The notes under the pieces were generated by a model. The model saw nothing but the letters and a program-made list of their open reading frames with translations. It did not search any database and was not told the origin of the DNA. The translations under genes and the position numbers were made by a program. Shown in pieces: positions 18,619 to 26,194 of a stretch of 36,231 bases of DNA (positions are counted from its first letter, which is position 1; each line of letters begins with the position of its first letter). This DNA comes from an uncultured Myxococcales bacterium (GTDB lineage Bacteria; Myxococcota_A; Bradymonadia; UBA4248), in assembly GCA_946415045.1 (NCBI GenBank), contig CAMKRB010000003.1, positions 1 to 36,231 on the forward strand, read 5' to 3'.

Positions 18619-19731
18619 ATGAACAGCCGTCTAATATTGATATGGATGATGTTGGCAGTTTTGCTGATCCCGGCTGCGGCCGCAGCGCAAGACGATGGAA
18701 CTTACAGGCCCCGAGAGGTGTCCGGAGCAGGATCATCTGATTCTGCAGGCGGTGCGGAGGTTGCGACTAACGACGCCAAAAGTGATGCAGCATCGGCCGA
18801 TGCCGATAAAAAAGATGCCGACAAGAAAGATGACAAGAGCTGGGGCGTTTTTGGAAAAGCCACGTTTGACATTGGCCTGGGCGCATTTACCAAGCATAAA
18901 TATGCGCGCAAGGTGCGTTCGCGCTTTGCCTTTGAGTTTGGCGCCAACTACACGATTCCGGTAATCGATGTCGATATTCATGCCGACTCGGGTTTCAGCG
19001 TATGGATGAGTAAGGCGGGCGGCACGAACGGCGTGCATGAATTCCGCTGGGCCGACACGAATGTCGGTTTGACGCGCGAAATCTGGTCTTACGACGACAA
19101 AAAAGACTTCGCCATTTCATTTACCGGCGACGTGTCGTTTACCATTCCGACCTCGAAAGCTTCGTGGACAACCAACCTTTACACCACCATCACGCCATCG
19201 ATCGCGATGAAGATCAAATTCTCGAAGATCCGCATTGGCTATGAGATTGCGTACTCGCACAGCTTCCACAAATACACGTCGGCGACCGTCGATCCCAGCG
19301 AGGTCGATGTGATTTCACGCTATGCCGGCGTCGAAAGCCTGAGCAGCGACGAAATCGCCATCGACGGCATCCTTGGCGAAATCGATCTGGCGAACGCATT
19401 TTCGTTTGGTTACCGCTTCTTCGACAATTTTGGCCTCACGGTTGGCCTTGGATTCGCCGACAGCTGGAGCTACAAAACCGACTCCAACAAGGAAAGAGAC
19501 GCCTTCACCAACCCATACGCCAAATCCGGCCGCGGCCATGCACAGGTCAGCGCCGGCTCCATCGCCCTCGACTACTCGCCCATCAAATACCTCACCCTCA
19601 CCCTGGGCATGTTCAGCAAGCAGCCTTGGAAAACAGCCGACAACAAAACCCTGCGCCTGCCGTGGTTCGATACGGTCAGCCCCTCCAAGAACTACACGAA
19701 ATTCTTCTTCTCCATCTCGGGCCAGTATTAA
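18619..19731 (+). CDS. Putative outer-membrane beta-barrel protein, unknown family
   Basis: Sec signal peptide, low-complexity D/K/A linker, many alternating amphipathic aromatic strands, C-terminal FFFSISGQY. Confidence 0.7.
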   Translation: MNSRLILIWMMLAVLLIPAAAAAQDDGTYRPREVSGAGSSDSAGGAEVATNDAKSDAASADADKKDADKKDDKSWGVFGKATFDIGLGAFTKHKYARKVRSRFAFEFGANYTIPVIDVDIHADSGFSVWMSKAGGTNGVHEFRWADTNVGLTREIWSYDDKKDFAISFTGDVSFTIPTSKASWTTNLYTTITPSIAMKIKFSKIRIGYEIAYSHSFHKYTSATVDPSEVDVISRYAGVESLSSDEIAIDGILGEIDLANAFSFGYRFFDNFGLTVGLGFADSWSYKTDSNKERDAFTNPYAKSGRGHAQVSAGSIALDYSPIKYLTLTLGMFSKQPWKTADNKTLRLPWFDTVSPSKNYTKFFFSISGQY

Positions 19732-19755
19732 TCGCGAATCCGCTTAAATCCTCAT

Positions 19756-19788
19756 GGCATGTCGATTTCCGGCATGCCTTTTTTTTTT
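19756..19788 (+). terminator. Intrinsic terminator
   Basis: GGCATGTCG-ATTTC-CGGCATGCC followed by T10. Confidence 0.85.
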
Positions 19789-19793
19789 GGCGC

Positions 19794-19867
19794 GCAGCTA
19801 TTGTGCCGCCAAACGGCACAATACGCCGCGCTGCGCGTCTATCGGGTCTTGCGCCCCGATACGCCGC
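19794..19867 (-). repeat. Two bulged hairpins of the GCGTATY...RATAG family
   Basis: Minus strand reads GCGGCGTATCGGGGCGCAAGACCCGATAGACGC and GCGGCGTATTGTGCCGTTTGGCGGCACAATAGCTGC. Confidence 0.8.
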
Positions 19868-19886
19868 GCCTCAAGGAATCCCACCC

Positions 19887-20825
19887 ATGACAGAACAGCC
19901 CAAACCCAAGATCATTCAAATCGTCGGTCCGACGGCGAGTGGCAAAACAGGATTTTCGGTGCGTCTGGCCGAGGCGCTTGGTGCCGAAATGATCAATGTC
20001 GATTCGATGCAGGTATATTGCGAACTGGCAATAGGCACCGACAAACCGACGCCGGCGCAGTGCGCACGCGTTCCCATTCACGGCATCAATTTGATTCATC
20101 TGGGGCCGCCGATGGATGCCGCAGAATTTGGCAGCTATGTGCGCACCAAAATCGCCGAAATCGAATCGCGGGGTCATCATGCCGTAATTTCGGGCGGCAC
20201 CGGACTGTACCATCGCGCCATCGTTCACGGATTAATCGAAGCCCCGTCCCGCAACGACGAGGTGCGGGCCCGCCTGCGTGCCGAACGCGACGAAATCGGG
20301 ATTGCGCAGATGTATGAACGATTGCAGCGCATCGATCCCGAGGGCGCAGCCAAAATCTACGCTACCGACTGGGTACGCATCGAACGCGCACTCGAAGTTT
20401 TTGAAACCACAGGAAAAACGCTGAGTTCGGAGCAATCACGTCATGGATTCAAATCGTCGTTTGTCGAGCGGCTGGCTTTTGGCTGCACCATGCCTCGCGA
20501 AATGCTCTATCAAAAAATCGAAAAGCGCCTGGATGAAATGTGGCATGAAGGCATCATCGAAGAGACAAAGATGATGATCGAAGCCGGGCTTCCGTCTGAG
20601 CAGCTTCCGCTGAAAGCCCTTGGATACAAGCAAGCCGCCATGTATCTGAATGGTGAATGTTCTCTGGAGGAAGCACTTGTCCTCGCCAAACGCGATACGC
20701 GGCGGTTTGCAAAACGTCAGCTCACCTGGTTCCGGTCCGACAAAGCGATCGAATGGATAGACATGCCGGTTGAAGGCGCGCGTTTCGATGCAATCGTCGG
20801 TCGATGCAAAGCATTTTTAGGGTGA
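19887..20825 (+). CDS. miaA: tRNA dimethylallyltransferase MiaA
   Basis: IVGPTASGKT, DSMQVY, IGTDKP, GGTGLY, RIERALEV, ALGYKQ, TRRFAKRQLTWFR; AAGGA RBS before ATG 19887. Confidence 0.97.
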   Translation: MTEQPKPKIIQIVGPTASGKTGFSVRLAEALGAEMINVDSMQVYCELAIGTDKPTPAQCARVPIHGINLIHLGPPMDAAEFGSYVRTKIAEIESRGHHAVISGGTGLYHRAIVHGLIEAPSRNDEVRARLRAERDEIGIAQMYERLQRIDPEGAAKIYATDWVRIERALEVFETTGKTLSSEQSRHGFKSSFVERLAFGCTMPREMLYQKIEKRLDEMWHEGIIEETKMMIEAGLPSEQLPLKALGYKQAAMYLNGECSLEEALVLAKRDTRRFAKRQLTWFRSDKAIEWIDMPVEGARFDAIVGRCKAFLG

Positions 20826-22394
20826 AACGGGTTTGAACAGATAGGTCACAAAGGGCTCGTGAATTTCGAGTGCCGTGACTTTTTTCTTTTCAAAGACGGG
20901 ATTGAGGACGAGCCCAGCGAGCGGCGGATCGATGAGAAGCACGGATTTGACGCCGGAATTGTCGATGCGAACGCCCAGTCTTGAGCGCCATTCACCGGCA
21001 TCCAGGATAATCTCGGAGCCGTTGTCGGAGATCGTGATTTTTCCGAGCAAATCCTCCTGATAGGTGCCGACGAGCGGTTTGTACCATGCGTGATCGGGCT
21101 CAATCTTCCAATAATTTCCGATCATTCGTGCGACGGTCTGGCGTGCAGCCTGGAATTTGTGTGTCGCCTCTTCGAGCAGCCATGCAGCCGAACTCTGATC
21201 GAGTGCGATATCGAGTATTTTAGCGCCGATCAAATCGATATTGAACCTTGCGAAAGTGGCATTTGCAAGGATCACCGCGCCCAGCTTTCGTTCGGGAATC
21301 ATAAAGATCATGGCTGCATAACCGACGTGATCGTTCTGAAACACGAGCACATTCTGTTCGCGCCTGTGATGAATGCGCATGGCTATGCCACGTGCACGAT
21401 TTTCGTCGCGCACAGCGCGCACCTTACGTCGTTCGAGGTTTTCGGGCATCTTGCTGTCGAGCTCGGCCTGAACGAGTTTGAGCATATCGTCGACATTCGA
21501 CCACAAACCATAAGCGGGTTCGAGGGATGAGATTGTGCGATTTGGCGACTGCACGATGCGACGCACGTTTTCATCAAGCGTGACGCCGTGGGGAAATGCG
21601 GTTTCGCGCGGATTCGGCGTATAGGTCGTCGAAGTCATTTTGAGGGGTGTAAGTACGCGTTCCTGAAGCAGCTCGCGGTAAGCCGCTTCGGCCGAACGAT
21701 CGCTGTGCTGCCTGAGAGCAGCAGCATAGCATGCGACCGAAAACAGCGCGTTATTTCGGCTGCGAATCGGCATGTGATGGCGCGATCCGGGCAATGGTAT
21801 GCGGGAGATCTTTCGGATGCGATCGAGAGCATTGAAGTAGCTGTCGTTTTCGTAAATGAAAAAGCTTGCCATCAGGCTTCCGGGCATTCCGGTGCAATCG
21901 CAGAGCGCGTCGCCAATCGTCAGCGTCTGGGTGACTTCGGGAGCATTCGCATCAAACACGGGCAATAGGTCAATCACCGGTGTTTCCCACTTAAAGCCCC
22001 CGTCGTGCACAAGGCTGGCCATCAAATAACCAGACAGTGCCTTGGTCACATGCCCGAGATTGAAAAGCGTATGCGGGGTGACAGGGTCACCGTTGTCGAC
22101 ATCCGTGACGCCAAATCCCTTGCGGTAAACGATTTTACCGTGATCAATCACACCGATGGCAATGCCTGGAATTCCAAACGACTGCTGCACGGATTCGACA
22201 AATCCATCCAGCTGTTCCACGGCCAGCGCATCAAATTTGGAAGCGACAGGTGCATCCGCATTTGGACGATTTTGTTGTGAAATGGCAGTATCCACATGAG
22301 CGGCGGGACTGTTGTCAGCCTGAGGCTGCTTATTCTGACTGCATCCGCAGGATAGAACAGCGATTGATATAGCCAAAGCGATAATAGCACGCAT
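20817..22394 (-). CDS. Class C beta-lactamase/serine hydrolase-fold lipoprotein with degenerate active site
   Basis: GGAGGT RBS, lipobox-like LSCGC; IPGIAIGVI..GK.VY.KGFG, VTPHTLF.LGHVTK, LTPLKMTST, PAYGLWSNVDDM, G.VILAN. The SxxK motif reads HVTK. Confidence 0.82.
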   Translation of the reverse strand: MRAIIALAISIAVLSCGCSQNKQPQADNSPAAHVDTAISQQNRPNADAPVASKFDALAVEQLDGFVESVQQSFGIPGIAIGVIDHGKIVYRKGFGVTDVDNGDPVTPHTLFNLGHVTKALSGYLMASLVHDGGFKWETPVIDLLPVFDANAPEVTQTLTIGDALCDCTGMPGSLMASFFIYENDSYFNALDRIRKISRIPLPGSRHHMPIRSRNNALFSVACYAAALRQHSDRSAEAAYRELLQERVLTPLKMTSTTYTPNPRETAFPHGVTLDENVRRIVQSPNRTISSLEPAYGLWSNVDDMLKLVQAELDSKMPENLERRKVRAVRDENRARGIAMRIHHRREQNVLVFQNDHVGYAAMIFMIPERKLGAVILANATFARFNIDLIGAKILDIALDQSSAAWLLEEATHKFQAARQTVARMIGNYWKIEPDHAWYKPLVGTYQEDLLGKITISDNGSEIILDAGEWRSRLGVRIDNSGVKSVLLIDPPLAGLVLNPVFEKKKVTALEIHEPFVTYLFKPVSP

Positions 22395-22589
22395 CGAATG
22401 ACCTCCAGACAACCCATAATAACGCATTCAGCGCCATCGTCCACCAATTAGATATACCGAATTGGAGCGAATTGTGCGATAGTAAATGCGACATGTGGCC
22501 GTTAGTCCTTCATGCCCCACACAATATCTATCAAAGAAGAGGTTGGCATTTTGGGGCAATTTTGCATACAGGAAACAGCAAAGGCAGAT

Positions 22590-23738
22590 ATGGAACAGGA
22601 AAACGAAAGCAGGCGTCAATCGCTGTCGAAATCGCGTCTGATAGTATTGAAGATAGGGAGCGCGGTATTGACGCGTTCAAGTGACAAATCGCTGGATCGC
22701 GGCGTATTTTGCCGCATCGTGGAGATGGTTGCGCAGCTTCGGGCGGAGGGCCGTGATGTCGTCATCGTGACGAGCGGCGCGGTGGCACTGGGCCGAGGCG
22801 TGATGGGGTGTGAACGCCCCGATCGCAAGAAATCGCTTCCGACGCTTCAGGCGCTGGCAGCGATTGGCCAATCGCTACTGATGGACGATTACGAGCGAGA
22901 GCTTGGTTATTATAATCTTCGCTGCGCGCAATTGCTTTTGACGCGGGCAGATCTCGAGGATCGCACGCGTTATTCCAATGCGCGCCGAACGCTGGAAACG
23001 CTGATAAAGATGGGGGTTGTGCCCATCATCAACGAAAATGATGCCGTAACATGTGACCAGATACGTTTTGGCGACAACGACACGCTGTCGGCACGGGTTG
23101 CGGTGTTGTGCAAAGCGGATTTGCTCATCATTATGAGTGATATTGACGCGGTGTATACGGGGAATCCCAAGCGCGATCCAACAGCAGTACGCATCGACAC
23201 GATAGATGCCGGTGATGCGCGGCTGGATACGTATGCGCAGGACAGCAGCGGAGATGTAGGCACGGGCGGGATGATCACCAAGGTTGCGGCAGCCCGTATG
23301 GCCGCGAAGATGGGGATAGCCACGCTGTTACTGGAGGGGAAGCGTCCAAAACTGGTGCCGCAGGCGATTGCAGGCCATGAGGTAGGAACGCTGCTGTATT
23401 CAACGGAACATCGCCAAACGACGCACAAAGCGTGGCTGGAATCGCTGAGTTCCAAAGGCCGCATTATATGTGATGCTGGAGCACGGCAAGCGATCACCGG
23501 TCAGGGGAGCAGTCTTTTGCCCAAAGGGATCGTGTCGGTAGAAGGACGATTTGACGAGGGCGAGGCCGTGGAGCTGGCGGATGCGTCGGGCCGTGTATTT
23601 GCGAGGGGACTGGCGCAGTATAACGATGATGATATACGCAGGATATCCGGGCACCATTCGGATGAAATAGAGTCGATTCTGGGGATTCATGTGTCGGATG
23701 TCATCGTGCACCGCAATGATCTGGTGCTGACAGATTGA
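22590..23738 (+). CDS. proB: Glutamate 5-kinase with PUA domain
   Basis: IVLKIGSAVLT, VTSGAVALG, AAIGQ, PIINENDAV, FGDNDTLSA, GTGGMITKV.AA, C-terminal PUA domain (SLLPKGI...VHRNDLVL). Confidence 0.97.
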   Translation: MEQENESRRQSLSKSRLIVLKIGSAVLTRSSDKSLDRGVFCRIVEMVAQLRAEGRDVVIVTSGAVALGRGVMGCERPDRKKSLPTLQALAAIGQSLLMDDYERELGYYNLRCAQLLLTRADLEDRTRYSNARRTLETLIKMGVVPIINENDAVTCDQIRFGDNDTLSARVAVLCKADLLIIMSDIDAVYTGNPKRDPTAVRIDTIDAGDARLDTYAQDSSGDVGTGGMITKVAAARMAAKMGIATLLLEGKRPKLVPQAIAGHEVGTLLYSTEHRQTTHKAWLESLSSKGRIICDAGARQAITGQGSSLLPKGIVSVEGRFDEGEAVELADASGRVFARGLAQYNDDDIRRISGHHSDEIESILGIHVSDVIVHRNDLVLTD

Positions 23739-23752
23739 GTTACATCATGACA

Positions 23753-23812
23753 GCGGCGCGTATTGCCGACAGGCAATAGCGCCGCAGCCGGGCGTATCGC
23801 AGATAGCCCGGC
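23753..23812 (+). repeat. Two bulged hairpins of the GCGTATY...RATAG family
   Basis: GCGGCGCGTATTGCCGACAGGCAATAGCGCCGC (23753-23785) and GCCGGGCGTATCGCAGATAGCCCGGC (23787-23812). Confidence 0.8.
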
Positions 23813-23908
23813 AACATAACAAAAAAATTGCGGAACTTGTACGCTTTTTGGGGATGTGATAACATGGCGGCGGGGGGAATACAGACAATCGGACAAGGAG
23901 GGTGAACT

Positions 23909-25423
23909 ATGCAAAGACTGAGCGGTATTATTCGCAAGATTTTGTTTACGTTATTGTTTCTGATTTTACCGACGCTGGCAGTGGCGCAGGATGGTTTGCA
24001 TATCACAGGCATTGACCTTCCCGAAGAGGGTTCAAAAGCCGCCGAAGCACATGTTTCGGTGTATTTTAGTCTACGCAGCAAACAAACGCCTGTCACGGGT
24101 ATTACGAGCGACAATTGCACACTGCAGATCGATGCGAGCCCTGTGGAAATCGTCAAAGCAGAAGTCAAGCAGTTCACAGATGGCGAACGGGGAGTCGGTG
24201 TGTTGTTTGTCATTCCGATTGCCAAGAATTATTCGGAAGAAAGCTTTGGCATTCGTTCAGCACTTGACGGACTGGTTAAGAACCTGAACCGACCAGTAGA
24301 TATGCTGAATGTCGTGACGTACGACACGAATGCGGTCGCTGTAGGCTGGTCGCGGGCAAGCGAATCGGCGTTGTCGCAGGCCATCAATAACATGCAGAAC
24401 AGTGAAGTTCTTGAGCCAAACCTGTTCATGTCATTCCAACCGGCCCTGACCGCACTGCAAAGCTTGCAGAATGTTTCACAGAAATACCTGGTATTCGTCA
24501 GCGATGCCGAAGGTGCCATCGTTGGAGACAGAGACAAGGCCAACAAGCTGATTGGACAATTCACAGATGAGCTGAAGAAGAGCAACATCATGCCAATCGT
24601 GATTGCGTACAGTCCCGATGGCAAAGAGGCCATGATGAACTACACGCTGCTGCAGCGCATGGCTAACAACGTTGGTGGTGCGTTTTATATGGCCGAAGCG
24701 CCGGATCGTTTTCAGCAGGTGATTCAGCGCGATGTGCAGAACTACATCTTCGGTCAGTACATTTATGAAGCCACGCTGAACATGGACGGCAACCACTATC
24801 TTGAGCCGAACAAATACAACGTGGACTTCATCGTGAAGACCTCAAATTCGGAAGACAAGGTGAAGTACAAAATCACATGGCCGGAGCTTTCGAAGAACCG
24901 GATGTGGCTGTGGCTGACGATAATCGGCATTGTGCTGGTAGGCGGCATTGCAGCGGCAGTGATCGTAATCAGCCGGCGCAACAACGAAGAAGAGGACATC
25001 ATCGACGAGGGTCCGCAGGAAGTGTGCTGTTCGACGTGCGGCAAGACGATACCGCAGCAGCTGTATGGATTTAACGGTGAGTTCTGTCTTTCCGGCGGAT
25101 TGCCGGACTGTCCGTATTACAAGATGCCGGATCGCGGAAAGATTCAAATCACGCGAGGGCCGATGGCGGATACGACATTCTTTATCAAGAAGGACATGAC
25201 GACGATTGGATCGTATGCCGAGAATGATATCTATCTGGCCGATAAATCCGTGTCACGCAAGCATGCAGCCATCAAGGCAGACGAAGGCATGCGCTATGAG
25301 ATACGTGATTTTGGTTCATCCAACGGCGTTTACATCAACAACGAGAAGATCGAGCGCAAGTTCCTTCGGGACGGCGATTTGATTCGGTTTGGCACCGTGG
25401 AGACGGTATTCAAACTGAAATAG
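23909..25423 (+). CDS. Bitopic membrane protein: signal peptide, vWA-like exported domain, TM helix, Cys cluster, C-terminal FHA domain
   Basis: AAGGAGG RBS; vWA-like LVFVSD and LQRMANNVGGAFY; TM WLWLTIIGIVLVGGIAAAVIVI; CCSTC...C...C; FHA motifs D.SVSRKHA.I, D.GSSNGVYIN, LRDGDLIRFG. Confidence 0.82.
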   Translation: MQRLSGIIRKILFTLLFLILPTLAVAQDGLHITGIDLPEEGSKAAEAHVSVYFSLRSKQTPVTGITSDNCTLQIDASPVEIVKAEVKQFTDGERGVGVLFVIPIAKNYSEESFGIRSALDGLVKNLNRPVDMLNVVTYDTNAVAVGWSRASESALSQAINNMQNSEVLEPNLFMSFQPALTALQSLQNVSQKYLVFVSDAEGAIVGDRDKANKLIGQFTDELKKSNIMPIVIAYSPDGKEAMMNYTLLQRMANNVGGAFYMAEAPDRFQQVIQRDVQNYIFGQYIYEATLNMDGNHYLEPNKYNVDFIVKTSNSEDKVKYKITWPELSKNRMWLWLTIIGIVLVGGIAAAVIVISRRNNEEEDIIDEGPQEVCCSTCGKTIPQQLYGFNGEFCLSGGLPDCPYYKMPDRGKIQITRGPMADTTFFIKKDMTTIGSYAENDIYLADKSVSRKHAAIKADEGMRYEIRDFGSSNGVYINNEKIERKFLRDGDLIRFGTVETVFKLK

Positions 25424-25442
25424 CCCAGAGCGCAGAAAAAGA

Positions 25443-25472
25443 CCGGGTTCATCGTGAGCCCGGTTTTTTTTT
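25443..25472 (+). terminator. Intrinsic terminator (possibly bidirectional) after the FHA gene
   Basis: CCGGGTTCA-TCG-TGAGCCCGG with a T run downstream and an A run upstream. Confidence 0.85.
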
Positions 25473-25493
25473 AACAACAAATGATGTGAATGC

Positions 25494-25526
25494 GTGACAA
25501 GATTACGCAGACGTTATACAGTATAA
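25494..25526 (+). promoter_or_regulatory. Candidate promoter/operator of the tail module
   Basis: GTGACA-17bp-TACAGT, overlapped by the palindrome TTATAC-A-GTATAA (25514-25526) and the imperfect TGCGTGA-N5-TTACGCA. Confidence 0.35.
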
Positions 25527-25589
25527 GGTATGTATTTGGGCATTGTGCCTGTTTATGAACGCAATCTTCTGCGTGGCGGAAGATTTTCA

Positions 25590-25976
25590 ATGGGAAAAGA
25601 AGCAATGGCATTTCAGACCGAGTTTCAGTTTACACTTCCAAAAGGTTATGTGGACAAGGACGGCAATCTTCATCGCGAAGGCGTGATGCGTCTTGCGACG
25701 GCGAAGGACGAAATAGCCCCTCTGCAGGATTATCGTGTACAGGCCAACCGTGCGTATCTCGTCATCATTTTATTAAGCCGCGTCATCACCAAGCTTGGTA
25801 CGCTTCGCATGATCACACCGAACATCATTGAAGAGCTGTTCAGCTCGGATTTGGCATATCTGCAGGAATTTTACCGCAAGATCAATGAAGAAGGCAGCGC
25901 ATCGATCAAGGTGACATGTCCGGCATGCAAACACGAATTTGAAGTGGATATGGGGACAGGCCTGGGGGGGTATTAA
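25590..25976 (+). CDS. Contractile injection system tail assembly chaperone (short form)
   Basis: FQFTLPKGYVD.DG.LHREG.MRLATA.DEI...LLSRVI..LG...DL.YLQ.FY..IN...CPAC matches my recollection of eCIS-associated tail assembly proteins; lies next to the sheath gene. Start 25590 or 25605. Confidence 0.8.
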   Translation: MGKEAMAFQTEFQFTLPKGYVDKDGNLHREGVMRLATAKDEIAPLQDYRVQANRAYLVIILLSRVITKLGTLRMITPNIIEELFSSDLAYLQEFYRKINEEGSASIKVTCPACKHEFEVDMGTGLGGY

Positions 25977-26010
25977 GCTACCCCCTTGATAAGCTTTATC
26001 AGGAGGTAGC
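25964..26010 (+). promoter_or_regulatory. Programmed -1 ribosomal frameshift signal
   Basis: In-frame slippery heptamer G GGG GGG (25964-25970), 6-nt spacer TATTAA, stem-loop GCTACCCCCTTGATAA-GCT-TTATCAGGAGGTAGC (25977-26010). Confidence 0.78.
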
Positions 26011-26137
26011 GTATATCGCTTATCACTTCCATTGGGCGATAGACGACATCCTCAATATGGAGCATAAAGAGCGCCAGGTCTGGATTCGCGAGATTTCCGA
26101 GATCAACAAGGAAATCAACGAAAGCCGGGGTGGCTAA
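25970..26137 (+). CDS. DUF6760-like ORF, the -1 frame extension of the chaperone (not in the ORF track)
   Basis: Translates VLSYPLDKLYQEVAYIAYHFHWAIDDILNMEHKERQVWIREISEINKEINESRGG*. EVAYIAYHFHW is the recognisable family motif; no ATG/GTG/TTG lies between the upstream in-frame TGA (25940) and this motif. Confidence 0.85.
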   Translation, partial: VLSYPLDKLYQEVAYIAYHFHWAIDDILNMEHKERQVWIREISEINKEINESRGG

Positions 26138-26194
26138 CAAAGCGTCAAAGCGGGCGCGGGTTTAGTTCATGCAATAGTCGATGCAGAGGTAAAG

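Noticed and set aside
19626-19886. Long N-terminal extensions in the ORF track (miaA; likewise mglA, proB, peptidase, recJ)
   Set aside because: They run through terminators, repeats or upstream genes; downstream ATGs match family starts and/or RBSs.
25964-25976. Chaperone as a frameshifted pseudogene
   Set aside because: Both parts look intact, and the break coincides with an in-phase slippery heptamer and a correctly spaced stem-loop. A sequencing homopolymer error cannot be fully excluded without reads.
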